Below, in pieces: positions 22,154 to 33,300 of a stretch of 64,000 nucleotides of DNA. The position numbers were made by a program, and so were the translations under genes. The DNA comes from an uncultured Methanosarcinaceae archaeon. Lineage in GTDB: Archaea > Halobacteriota > Methanosarcinia > Methanosarcinales > Methanosarcinaceae. The stretch's first letter is position 1. The number at the start of each line of letters is the position of its first letter. The notes under the pieces were generated by a model that saw only the letters and a program-made list of their open reading frames with translations, had not been told where the DNA came from and made no database searches. The stretch covers positions 192,001 through 256,000 of the forward strand of contig CAVSHT010000008.1 of NCBI GenBank assembly GCA_963727895.1, written 5' to 3'.

Positions 22154-23674
22154 ATGCAATTGAAGTTAGAACATTTTAATATGAAAATAGGGCAGCACAA
22201 GGTGTTACTAAATATTTCCGATGCAAAGGAACTGGGGGTTAATCCGGGGGATAGAGTCCGTATTCGCGGTCATGAGAGCCTTTCTGCAATTGTGGATACA
22301 ACAGATGATATGGTTTCTCCAGGTACCCTGGGAGTTTTTTTTGAAGTATACGAGCACTTTCAGGATTGGGATAAGCCAGTAGAAGTCGTTCCGGCATTCC
22401 GTTCAAAATCTACGTCCGTGATCAAGAAAATGATGGATAAAAAATCTGTTGTGCAGGACGAGATTAAAACACTCGTAAACGATATTGTTGAAGAGAATCT
22501 AAGTGAAATAGAACTATCGGCTTTTATAACATCTTCTTATATTCACGGAATGACCGATGACGAGGTTGAATGGCTTACAAAGGCTATGATTGAGAGCGGG
22601 GATACAATCGAATTTGACACTCATCCGATAATGGATAAACACTCGATAGGAGGAGTTCCCGGAAACAAGATATCTCTCCTTGTTGTCCCTATTATCGCTG
22701 CAAACGGACTTCTTATTCCAAAGACGAGTTCAAGGGCGATTACAGGTGCAGGCGGAACTGCTGACCTCATGGAGGTTCTCTGTCCAGTAGAGTTCAGTTC
22801 TCAGGAAGTCAAAGAGATCACAGAAAAGGTAGGAGGTGCACTTGTCTGGGGCGGAGCCACAAATATCGCACCTGCCGATGATAAGCTTATCAGGGTTGAA
22901 TATCCTCTCTCCATTGACCCCTACTACCAGATGCTTGCTTCAATTATGGCAAAAAAGGGAGCTATAGGGGCTGACAATGTAGTAATGGATATTCCGGTTG
23001 GGCCAAGCACAAAAGTTCCAACTGTTCAGGAAGGGCAAAAACTTGCGAGAGATTTGATCAACCTCGGGCACAGGCTTGGAATGAATGTTGAGTGTGCAAT
23101 TACTTATGGTTCATCTCCTATCGGAAGGAAAGTTGGACCGGCACTGGAAGTTAGGGAAGCCCTGAAAGTTCTGGAAAGTATGGAAGGTCCAAACAGCCTC
23201 ATTGAAAAGAGTGCTGCTCTTGCGGGTATCCTGCTTGAAATGGGAGGTGCGGCTCCAAGGGACCACGGAAAGGAAGTTGCACTGGAAACAATCAGAAGCG
23301 GAAAAGCTCTTGAAAAGATGAAGCAGATTATTGAAGCCCAGGGTGGAGACCCAAAAATTACATCAAACGATATCCAGGTAGGACAATATACTGCCGAGAT
23401 TTTTGCTTCTGCAGATGGATATGTTATCGAGTTTGACAATAAATGGATAATTGAAGTTGCCAGGCTTGCGGGAGCACCTAACGATAAAGGAGCAGGAGTT
23501 GCTATTCACAAGAAAATGGGTGAGGCTGTTAAGAAGGGAGAGCCGATCCTTACAATCTATGCTGAGAAAGAATTTAAGCTTGAAAATGCATTGACTACGG
23601 CCCAAAGGACAAATCCAATAGTTGTTGAGGGTATGCTTCTGAGGAGAATTCCAGGAACTTATGGGTTCCAGTAA
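22154..23674 (+). CDS. AMP phosphorylase (thymidine/pyrimidine-nucleoside phosphorylase family)
   Basis: N-terminal DAKELGVNPGDRV domain, DKHSIGGVPGNK, PKTSSRAITGAGGTAD; GGAGG SD. Confidence 0.95.
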   Translation: MQLKLEHFNMKIGQHKVLLNISDAKELGVNPGDRVRIRGHESLSAIVDTTDDMVSPGTLGVFFEVYEHFQDWDKPVEVVPAFRSKSTSVIKKMMDKKSVVQDEIKTLVNDIVEENLSEIELSAFITSSYIHGMTDDEVEWLTKAMIESGDTIEFDTHPIMDKHSIGGVPGNKISLLVVPIIAANGLLIPKTSSRAITGAGGTADLMEVLCPVEFSSQEVKEITEKVGGALVWGGATNIAPADDKLIRVEYPLSIDPYYQMLASIMAKKGAIGADNVVMDIPVGPSTKVPTVQEGQKLARDLINLGHRLGMNVECAITYGSSPIGRKVGPALEVREALKVLESMEGPNSLIEKSAALAGILLEMGGAAPRDHGKEVALETIRSGKALEKMKQIIEAQGGDPKITSNDIQVGQYTAEIFASADGYVIEFDNKWIIEVARLAGAPNDKGAGVAIHKKMGEAVKKGEPILTIYAEKEFKLENALTTAQRTNPIVVEGMLLRRIPGTYGFQ

Positions 23675-23747
23675 TCTTCTCTTCCTTTTTCCAGTGAAAT
23701 CATTTCCAGTGAAATCATTTAATACCTTGTAGGGGTTTAGCACGAGC

Positions 23748-24281
23748 ATGAAAAGGATTGTTTTATTGCGCCTGGGGCACCGCCCGGAAAGGGACAAAAG
23801 AATTACTACCCACGTTGGCCTAACTGCTAGGCTGCTTGGTGCAGAAGGTATGCTTCTAGCCTCAAATGACCCCGGAATAATAAATACTCTTGAAGATGTA
23901 GTCAAGCGCTGGGGTGGAGATTTCTATATTAAGAATAATGTCAATTTTAAGCAGGAAATCAAAGAATGGAAAGCTGCCGGCGGAAAAGTTTGTCATCTTT
24001 CAATGTATGGAGTCAATCTACCTAACGTAACAGACGAACTTAAAAGCTGTGACAAACTTATGATTGTCGTAGGAGCAGAAAAAGTGCCTCCGGAAATTTA
24101 CCAGCTTGCAGACTGGAATATCGCAGTTGGAAGTCAACCTCATTCTGAAGTTGCGGCAGTTGCAATCACTATGGACAGAATAGCAGAAGACGAACCACTT
24201 GAGAGAAAGTTCCAAAATGCCGAATTGACGATTGTACCAGCGGAAAGGGGTAAACAGGTTATAGAAAATAGTAACAATTAA
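23748..24281 (+). CDS. trm56: tRNA (cytidine(56)-2'-O)-methyltransferase
   Basis: LRLGHRPERDKRITTHVGLTAR, HLSMYG, VGAEKVP, QPHSEVAA. Confidence 0.96.
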   Translation: MKRIVLLRLGHRPERDKRITTHVGLTARLLGAEGMLLASNDPGIINTLEDVVKRWGGDFYIKNNVNFKQEIKEWKAAGGKVCHLSMYGVNLPNVTDELKSCDKLMIVVGAEKVPPEIYQLADWNIAVGSQPHSEVAAVAITMDRIAEDEPLERKFQNAELTIVPAERGKQVIENSNN

Positions 24282-24379
24282 ATCTATTTCCTTTTTACTT
24301 TTCTAAGTGCCTACCTCTAATTTTCAGGATTTTGCTTTCGGCTTATTTTATTAATATTTAGATTTTTACTTTTTATATT

Positions 24380-25834
24380 TTAATGAAGATTTTTATCTTC
24401 ATTAAGTATTTTCAAAAGCTCTATAATCGAATATGCAGCTCGGGTAATCCCCATGCTGCGTTTATCAGTATCTGTACCTGCCACATATAGATTATGAATA
24501 GGAGTTCGAATATCTGCAAATTTCCCATTAATTGTGACTGCAGCTTTTTCCGGGATCATTATCTGCTCATGCTGCATATCTATATATTTTTCTATATCTG
24601 GATGAGCACGGAAAATCATATCGTAGGCTTTTTTTGTTTCTTGCTCTTCGCTTTTATTTTCGTCGATAATGAAGGAAAAGCCAATAAGTTGTTTACCTTT
24701 TGGAGCAAGTGAAGAGTCATAATTACTGATAGGCGTTGCCCAGTAGGCAAAATCCTTGAACCAGATCTCTGAACCTGTATAATTAAAATCTGGAAACTCT
24801 TTTTCCAGTCCAAGCCAGATAGTCAGGCTTTTGCTGTGGACTATACCTTCCAGATTTTCCATATATTCTTCAGGGAGATTTTTTACAAGCCTGGGAAGTT
24901 CGGTTGCAAAACCTGTATAGATCACGATATCAGAGAAGTAAATTTCATCGGCTTCCACGCCTGAAACTTTTCCGTCCTGTACAAGGATAGATTTAACTTC
25001 ACATTCCTTTTTGATTTCAACAGTTTCTGGAAGAGAGTAAAGAATAGTGGTAAGCAGGGCTTTTAGACCTTTTCTGGGGTATCCCTGGGAATAATTCACA
25101 TTATTTGTTGCAAGCCTTTCCAGTGAGGTGAAAGGTTGAGTAACCCTTGTCATTCTTGCCTGAAGAGATGCATGAAGATGATATGGAAGAATAGAGGCAA
25201 GAATAGACTCTGTAGACTGTGATTTTTTTGATTCCAATCTTCCGATCATTGCATCAAACTGTTCCTGAGTGATGCTATCTCTGACAAAACTGCTTCCTGA
25301 TAAAACACGCTGAGCAGAAGTTTCCTTCATTGACCTACCAGAAAGGAAGGCTGATATTGTATCAACAAAATCATAGGTATCTTTTGAAAGGCTTTTCGGC
25401 AGGAAATCATACACTGACTGATTTGACAAGTCTATTCCAAATGAAGAAAGAGTAAAAGCTTTTGTCAGAGTTTGCGATAGCAGTACTCTATCCTTCCTCG
25501 GCAGCACATCAAAAGTCACAAAATCTTTCAGATTGGAAGGAACTTTTACAAGCACATTTTCAGTTCTAACATAGTAATGTCCATAGTCTTCAAACACAGG
25601 CAAAAAATCAAAATAATTATCCATCAGTCTTTTCAAAGGTCCTTCAATAAGGTGGGTTATTGCATGTGCTCCTGTATCTACTTGATAATCATCTACCATG
25701 TAGCTGTTGCAGTTCCCACCCAGACTCTGTCTTTTCTCAAGAACAAGGACTTTTTTTCCATGTTTTGAAAGCGTCAGCGCTGCAAGAAGGCCACTTATGC
25801 CAGCTCCGACAATAATTACGTCGTATCTTTTCAT
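24380..25834 (-). CDS. FAD-dependent oxidoreductase, phytoene desaturase-like family
   Basis: IVGAGISGL…VLEK…LGG Rossmann motif; TPIHNLYVAG. Confidence 0.88.
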   Translation of the reverse strand: MKRYDVIIVGAGISGLLAALTLSKHGKKVLVLEKRQSLGGNCNSYMVDDYQVDTGAHAITHLIEGPLKRLMDNYFDFLPVFEDYGHYYVRTENVLVKVPSNLKDFVTFDVLPRKDRVLLSQTLTKAFTLSSFGIDLSNQSVYDFLPKSLSKDTYDFVDTISAFLSGRSMKETSAQRVLSGSSFVRDSITQEQFDAMIGRLESKKSQSTESILASILPYHLHASLQARMTRVTQPFTSLERLATNNVNYSQGYPRKGLKALLTTILYSLPETVEIKKECEVKSILVQDGKVSGVEADEIYFSDIVIYTGFATELPRLVKNLPEEYMENLEGIVHSKSLTIWLGLEKEFPDFNYTGSEIWFKDFAYWATPISNYDSSLAPKGKQLIGFSFIIDENKSEEQETKKAYDMIFRAHPDIEKYIDMQHEQIMIPEKAAVTINGKFADIRTPIHNLYVAGTDTDKRSMGITRAAYSIIELLKILNEDKNLH

Positions 25835-26211
25835 ACCCTAAACTACCTCAACTTATTCCAGTGAATGAAGTTATATCTAATGCAGTTATGCATTTTATTT
25901 CACTTAACTCACAATAGAATCCCATATTAGTAGAAGCATTAAACCTATTAAAACTCTAAAAGACTACTTTAAATTCTGAATCTATTTGAAATGATGCCAT
26001 ACAATTTTAATTTATCGATTTTATATTCAATCCATTAGTTATATTTTAAAACTGCAATAGAGATAAATAGTATTTATACTTAGCAGTCATTATATGACAA
26101 AAATCATCAAAAGTATTATTTTTTTATTTTTTAGAGATATTTCCTACTATGTGCTAAAGTATTTTTAATATAATTCTCGTAACCTTAGAAACAAAAATCA
26201 TTATTTTCTTT

Positions 26212-26953
26212 GGCATTGTTACTTAAATATATCTAGTTCTTTATTTCTGTATTTCATCAATAGAATAACCGAGTACTTTAGCATTTCAAGACTCTTCGTA
26301 TAACACTTTGTCTTTCTTCTCAATCTTGCCAGAAAGTGCCTCAATATGCTGTTATATCTCCTTCAACAGTATACGTTTCTGCTTTTGATTGAGTATGGAT
26401 CTTTTCTGGAAGAAACTCTGCATATGCTCTCCAGTGATCTGTCATCACTTCTCCAATCTCTTTTTTCTTCAATTTTTCCCAGAGTAGTTTTCCAGTTTCC
26501 GTTCCTCTGCTACCAAAAGAGCAGTTGATGAACTTTTTCCCAACTCTATCAACAGCAATCCAGATCCAGCAATATTTTTTTTGTTACCGATGTAAGTGTG
26601 CATTTCATCCATTTCAACAATAGATATCTCATTTTCACTTTTTAGGTCCTCTAACTCCTGACCAAATTTCTTGATCCATCTTTGGACAGAAACATGACTC
26701 ACCCCTAAAAATCGTCCTATTGAGCGAAAACCCAATACTTCAAGGTAAAGTTGTAAAGCCTGTCTTTTAACAGAAGTGGAAAAAGCAGTTGATTTTAGCT
26801 CTACTGTATAGTTATATCCACAATCATGGCATTTGTAGCGTTGACGCCCACCAACTATACCATTCTTTTTGTGACTGGAACTATTGCATCTGGGGCAGTT
26901 AATGAAGAAATATACTTTCTAATAGTATATAACTATGTTTAAGTATCAATGCC
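26212..26953 (-). mobile_element. IS1-family element, copy 2 (742 bp); ATT start, A8 tract, 2-bp insertion in the 3' part
   Basis: IRs GGCATTGTTACTTAAA / TTTAAGTATCAATGCC; co-linear with copy 1. Confidence 0.92.
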
Positions 26954-27155
26954 TAATAGAATTATAAGACATAGAAAACTTCGTACATACCGCAAATGAA
27001 GGCCAGCTCAAAGCCTTCGGATTCCTGGGACAGTGGATGGCAGAATCCACTCCCAGATCTGTACCTGTGTCTCAAAGTGCAACCAGAACTGTGAACTTGT
27101 AAAGGCACTCGGTGGAGCACTTCAGGCTGCTGGACAAAAACTTCAGGAACAGTAA
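26954..27155 (+). pseudogene. Small Cys-containing protein remnant, 5' end clipped by IS1, one frameshift
   Basis: DIENFVHTANEGQLKAFGFLGQWMAESTPR, then shifted frame CTCVSKCNQNCELVKALGGALQAAGQKLQEQ-stop. Confidence 0.45.
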
Positions 27156-27341
27156 GTAAGATAAACAAATAGATAATTAGAATTATATTTGGATCTATTG
27201 TTCTTTCATTTTTCATTTTTTCGTTGATTATCAGTGGTTTCAATTTCCAAAATTTATCCTATGCTAGCCAAAAACAATGCTGAAGTTATTATATAATCCA
27301 GTAGACATATTTAAATCAAAGTCAAATAAGAGGAATTCAAG

Positions 27342-27779
27342 ATGGAACCAACAAAGTCCGAAAGGGAAAACTTCTGGAACGCAAAAACCTATACTTTTGT
27401 CACCGATCATACAAAGCCTGCAATGAAGTGGGCTATATCTGAGCTTAAAAATCGGGGTAAAACTGTCTATGTAATTGATATCTCTGACAAGCCAGAATCT
27501 GGTTCTTTAAGAAAAGTGTCCGAACTTCCAGCCGGTCCCGACCGAGCTGTTCTGGGCATCACAAAAACTGACCCTGGAGATCTAATTCCTTCCCTGAAAG
27601 AAAAAGGTATAACCAAAATATGGATCCACTGGAGAACAGAAACTGAAAAAGCTCTGTCAACCTGCAAGGCTGAAAGCCTAGAATGCATGACAGAACATTG
27701 TCCAATGATGTATCTCGGAAGCGGGTTAAGTATACATGGAGTGCACAGGGCAATTGCAAAGATGACAGGAAAATATTGA
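27342..27779 (+). CDS. CoA-binding domain protein (YccU-like)
   Basis: SLRKVSELP…DRAVL, GITKIWIH, CPMMYL pattern. Confidence 0.75.
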   Translation: MEPTKSERENFWNAKTYTFVTDHTKPAMKWAISELKNRGKTVYVIDISDKPESGSLRKVSELPAGPDRAVLGITKTDPGDLIPSLKEKGITKIWIHWRTETEKALSTCKAESLECMTEHCPMMYLGSGLSIHGVHRAIAKMTGKY

Positions 27780-27800
27780 AGAGACCTGACAATCTAAGTC

Positions 27801-29228
27801 TTATCTCCTCCAGCTTCTTTCCATTTTCTCATATAGGCCAAGCAAATTATTTCGTGTGATTTTAAAATATGGATGATCTGGCCCGTACTCTTTTTCGATT
27901 ATGTCAAGGGCTTTTTCGTAAAGATTGATCGCGGTTTCATATTCACCCATGCTTTCATGCAGGCCTGCAAGGTTATTCAGAGTTGTGCCAACATCAGGGT
28001 GGACAGGGCCAAGGGTTGTTTCGTAAATCTTGAGAGCACGGGTATAGAGGGGAAGCGCTTTTTTGTTTTGACCCATGATTCGATAAAGTTCACCCAAATT
28101 GTTCAGTGTCTTAGCAACATCGGGATGATCAGGACCCAGGACACGTTCCCGAATTTCAAGCGCTTTCGTGTAGAGTTCCAGGGCTTTTTCATGGCGGCCT
28201 TTCTGGACGTATACGCCTGCAAGGTTATTCAGAGTCGTGGCAAAACCTGCGTGTTCAGTTTTTCCAAATTTTCCCATAATTTCCAGAGAACGGGTATAGA
28301 GGATCATAGCTTTCTCATACCTTGTAGTCTGGAAATAAAGTAAAGCAAGGTTGTTCAGGGTCTGTGCCACCTGCGGGTGTTCCAGACCATATACTTTTTC
28401 CTGAAGCTCTAAAGCCTGTCCATATATATCTTCAGCTTCGTCAAGTTTTCCAACTTCCGAAAGCAATACACCCAGATTGTTTAGAGTTCCAGCTCTGTAT
28501 CCCATAACTGCTCGGTTATCAGGTTCCTGCTCCTGAAGCTTTTCCAAAAGTTTGAGAGCTTTCCTGAATTGTTCTTCAGCCTTTTCAGGTTTTTCTAAAC
28601 CTTTATAAAAAAAGGCCAATCGATTCAGAGTTCTGATAGCTCCGAGATTTTTTGAGCTCAAAAATTTTTTCTGGATCTCAAGCGCGCGGGTGTAGAATGA
28701 GATGGCTTCTTCACGCTGCTCCATCAAAGAATAAAGAATCCCAAGCTCACTGAGTGTATCTCCAGTCTCAGGACGGGGTTTTTCAGGGAGATTTTCACGA
28801 ATCTTCAAAGCCCTTGAAAAAAGCCTGAGAGCTTCTTCATAATTTCCCATATAGCGATAGATTCCTCCAAGCCCATTCAACACAGATACGGTTTCAGGGC
28901 TTTCAGGTTTAGGTTTTTTTTCAACAATACTTAGAAGTTCTTCATATATGGGCAAGAGAATTTGCCATGCTAATGATCTATAAAAGGGCTCGGCTTTAAC
29001 TATGAACCAGCTTACCAGTTCTTCAGGTCCAAAAATTTCTTTTGCATATGCAAAAGCTTCCTTTAAATCGATCTCATTATCAGAGTTTATAAGCTCTGGA
29101 TCCAAATCTTTAAACCTCAGTTCGTATCTTTCAACCAGAGTTTTGTATTTTTGTGCTTTCGTTTTTGTTTCATTTTCTAGTTTTTCATCTTCAGTTTCAA
29201 TATAGTTATTTCTGGAATTAATAATAAT
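27801..29228 (-). CDS. Tetratricopeptide-repeat protein (kinesin-light-chain-like repeats)
   Basis: Repeated HPDVAxTLNNLA…GxYEKA units; frame is open 41 codons upstream of TTG 29105 to ATT codons behind GGAGG. Confidence 0.9.
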   Translation of the reverse strand: MIINSRNNYIETEDEKLENETKTKAQKYKTLVERYELRFKDLDPELINSDNEIDLKEAFAYAKEIFGPEELVSWFIVKAEPFYRSLAWQILLPIYEELLSIVEKKPKPESPETVSVLNGLGGIYRYMGNYEEALRLFSRALKIRENLPEKPRPETGDTLSELGILYSLMEQREEAISFYTRALEIQKKFLSSKNLGAIRTLNRLAFFYKGLEKPEKAEEQFRKALKLLEKLQEQEPDNRAVMGYRAGTLNNLGVLLSEVGKLDEAEDIYGQALELQEKVYGLEHPQVAQTLNNLALLYFQTTRYEKAMILYTRSLEIMGKFGKTEHAGFATTLNNLAGVYVQKGRHEKALELYTKALEIRERVLGPDHPDVAKTLNNLGELYRIMGQNKKALPLYTRALKIYETTLGPVHPDVGTTLNNLAGLHESMGEYETAINLYEKALDIIEKEYGPDHPYFKITRNNLLGLYEKMERSWRR

Positions 29229-29390
29229 TTACTCCTCCCAAATGAAAAGCAGAAACACAAAGATCTTTATCTGATGACTTAACTATTTTTCATTTAAATA
29301 TTTTTCAAAATTTCGTTGTTATTCAATAAACATGTTTAATTATATACCTTAAAACATTTATGTGATTTCCTTTAAACAATAAAAATTCAC

Positions 29391-30130
29391 GGCTTTGATA
29401 CTTAAACATAGTTATATACTATTAGAAAGTATATTTCTTCATTAACTGCCCCAGATGCAATAGTTCCAGTCACAAAAAAAATGGTATAGTTGGTGGGCGT
29501 CAACGCTACAAATGCCATGATTGTGGATATAACTATACAGTAGAGCTAAAATCAACTGCTTTTTCCACTTCTGTTAAAAGACAGGCTTTACAACTCTATC
29601 TTGAAGGATTGGGTTTTCGCTCAATAGGACGATTTTTAGGGGTAAGTCATGTTTCTGTCCAAAGATGGATCAAGAAATTTGGTCAGGAGTTAGAGAACCT
29701 AAAAAGTGAAAATGAGATATCTATTGTTGAAATGGATGAAATGCACACTTACATAGGTAACAAAAAAAAATATTGCTGGATCTGGATTGCTGTTGATAGA
29801 GTTGGGAAAAAGTTCATCAACTGCTCTTTTGGCAGCAGAGGAACGAAAACTGGAAAACTACTCTGGGAAAAATTGAAGAAAAAAGAGATTGGAGAAGTGA
29901 TGACAGATCACTGGAGGGCATATGCAGAGTTTCTTCCAGAAAAGAGTCATACTCAATCCAAAGCAAAAACGTATACTGTTGAAGGATATAACAGCATATT
30001 GAGGCATTTTTTAGCAAGGTTGAGAAGAAAGACAAAGTGTTATACGAAGAGTCTTGAAATGCTAAGTACTCGGTTATTCTATTGATGAAATACAGAAATA
30101 AAGAACTAGATATATTTAAGTAACAATGCC
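29391..30130 (+). mobile_element. IS1-family element, copy 3 (740 bp); ATT start, A9 in-frame fusion, 1-nt deletion near the C-terminus
   Basis: IRs GGCTTTGATACTTAAA / TTTAAGTAACAATGCC; ORF 29609-30085 reads through GNKKKYCWIW. Confidence 0.92.
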
Positions 30131-30181
30131 AAAGAAAATTTTAAAAATTATATACATAAAATTAAGGATTTATACAAGGTC
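30131..30181 (+). mobile_element. Right-end remnant of an IS5-family element abutting IS1 copy 3
   Basis: TACATAAAATTAAGGATTTATACAAGGTC resembles TACATAAAATTAAGGATTTCTACAAAGCC at 21236-21264. Confidence 0.6.
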
Positions 30182-30313
30182 ATTTTCTGGACAATTTTTT
30201 GATATAATACTGATCTTAAAAGTAAATGAATTCGAAAGGTTTGATAGGCTTCAATTTCTGGAATTTAAACTTTAGCTAGTTTCCAGAACAGACAATTTTT
30301 CACTGCTATTTTC

Positions 30314-33300
30314 TTATTCCTCACCTGGTTCGGACACGGACCAGTAATCTGGATCCTGATTTCTCTGATCCTTGTTAGGCTGAAGAGTATAGTTGATGCT
30401 ATTATTTTCTGTGTTGTTATCCAGTTTCTGGAAAACTCCTGAAAAAGTCGCCTCCGTTTTATTTGTACTTACATTTATTGATACGTTTTCTCCTCCTTTA
30501 TACCACCTTGAAGGAAGAGAGTAGTTCAAAGTGCTGTCATACGTTTCAGGAAGGAAGAATCGTGTTCCTCTTTTCTGCAGGGCATCCTCAAAACCTGGAT
30601 CAATCTCATCGAGTTTAGCCTTGCATACAGCAGCCTCATCTACTTTTTTTATGCTATAAAGGGCAAAACGTTTGTTGTAAAGAATTGAAGAAGAATTGGG
30701 GTCAATTTCAAGAGCTTTGTCATAACATGAAATTGCTTCTTCAGTATCTCCCATCATATTGAGAATATACCCCTTGTTATACCATGCAGTGATACAGTTA
30801 GGTTTAATCTGTACCGTTTTATTGAAGCAATTCAGAGCCGCCTTATTACTGCTTATTGCAAGATAAGTGCATCCCTGAAAGTACAAAGTTGTAACATTAT
30901 CTGGGTTATACTCAAGGGCCTTATTGTAACAGTCTATTGCTTGCTGATATCTCTTTAGCTTGTAGAGCGTAAAGCCTTTATTGTTATAGGCATCCACATT
31001 TCTTGGATCTAGCTCAATAATTTTATCGTAGCAGCGTATTGAACCTTCAAGATCTCCGCCCTTCTCAAAAGCTTTTCCCTGCCTGTAAAGTATCTCCCTA
31101 TTGCCCGGCGAAATTTTAAGCATTATTTCATAGCATGCAGAAGCCTCTTTATACCTGCTAAGTCCTTCAAATAAAGAGGCTTTCTGATATAAGATCTCGG
31201 AATTTCCAGGCTGAATCTTAAGAATTCTATCATAATCTGCCAGAGCGTCATTGGATCTATTGGACTTCGATAAAGCAAGAGCCCGGCTCTTTAAAGCTTC
31301 AAGGTTTTCAGGTTCAATATTGAGGAGAGTGTTATAACATGAGATTGCCTCCTCATACCTGCTCATATTCGAAAGAGCAAGACCTTTTCCAAGAAGAGCT
31401 TCTGAGTCACTGGCATTTATAGCAAGTGCCTTATTATAGTAACTGACTGCTTCTTCGAGTTTTCCAAGGTCACCAATTGTAGAAGCAATTCCATATAAAG
31501 TCGTACTTGACCGTGGATCCAGATCCAAGGCGTTTTTATAGCACTCAAGAGCTTCCTCGCTTCTGTTGAGCCTTTCAAGAACAGAACCCTTTTCATACCA
31601 GGCTTTGGCACTTGAAGAATTTATTGTAAGTACTTTGTCATAACAGGAAAGAGCATCCTCGTACATTTTGAGTTTATTATATATCAAGGCTTTCCCATAC
31701 CATGCCGCATCAGAACTTAATTCAGGACTAAATAAGTTTAGATTTTTAGAAGTGTCGGAGCCTTTATCTGAATTCGCATATTTAGCATTCAGAAGATAAG
31801 GCCAAAAACCTCCAGAAAGTGCTCTAGCAGGATTTGTATCTATACTATTATTCATAACAGAATCAGATGCCGATTTTTCTGTTGAATTTTTTTCCATGCT
31901 TTTGTTCAACTTAATACTGGCAGCAGAGTACTCAGGATTGAGCAGAAGAGTCTGATTATAACAGATTGAAGCGTCATCATGTTTACCAAGTTCATCAAGA
32001 ATAAGTCCTTTATTGTACCAGACATCAGCACTGTTTGGAACAACACTGAGAACCTTGTTGTAACACTTTAATGAATTTTCATAGTCACCAAGTTTTGCCA
32101 GGGCAAAAGCCTTACCATACCAAGCAAGTGTGTAGTTTTTGTCAATGTCAAGGGCTTCATCATAGCTTTTTACTGCACTTTTGTAGTCTTTGATTTTTGA
32201 AGAGTCAGCGCTTTTCTTATACCAGACTTTAGCATATCTGGAATCCAATTTCAGGGCTTTGTCATAACACTCAATTGCCTCTTCATATCTGCCAAGCCTG
32301 TCGAGATCAAGGCCCTTTGCATACCAGACGACAGCATGTCCCGAGTCAGCCTCAAGAACCTTATCATAACATTTAATTGCAGATTCATATTTCTCAAGAT
32401 TATCAAAAGAAAGAGCTTTATCATACCAGATTTGGACTATCGAAGACTTAAATTCAGGATTTTCGGGATAACAAGGAATTTCAGATTCATAAACAGTCAA
32501 CTGTTCAGGCAATTCACTTCCGATCTCCTCAACCTGAATTCCTGAGTCCAGATTAAGTGCCTTATCATAACAAGTTATTGCAGCATCATATTGTCCTGTA
32601 TTATTAAGCAAAGAACCTTTGTTGTACCAAGCCTCAGAATTATCAGGATCAAAGACCAAAACTTCATCATAACATTTTAGAGCTTCATCATAGCTCCCAA
32701 GTTTTTCAAGACATAAGCCTTTTCCCTGCAAAGCATCAAGGTTCTCTGTTTCAGAGAGAAGAACAAAATCATAACATTTAAGAGCCTCTTCATAACTTCC
32801 CCTCTTTTCAAGATTAATACCTTTTTTGTTCCAGGCACTTATCATATCAGGATTAAAAGAAATTGCCTTGTTGTAACAGTTTACAGCTTCCTCAGAATCA
32901 TTGGATCTATCAAAGAGTAGTCCTTTCTGATACCAGAGTTCAGGATTGTCAGGAGTAATGTTAAGGGCTTTGTCAAAGCATTTCATGGCTTCTTGATATT
33001 GTTGAAGTCCGAGGTAGGCCATTCCTTTCATATGCAGAGATCTGGAAGAATTAGAACCTACTTCAATAGATTTTTCATAATAAGAAAGAGCTTCCTGATC
33101 AAGTCCAAGATGCTCGGAAGCTAGAGCCTTTTGATACCATACTGTAGAGAGGTAGGTGTCGGCAGCAAAACTTTTGTCATAACAGTTGATATCTTCGATA
33201 TAGTTCTTTACGTCAAGTAGCTCGCTGCCTTTATTAGACCAGTTTTCAGAAGAAATCGGAAATATCAAAAGAGCTTTATCGTAACACTTAATTGCCTCTT

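Noticed and set aside
26962..27243. 93-aa minus-strand ORF
   Set aside because: No motif or SD; the opposite strand gives a more protein-like remnant.
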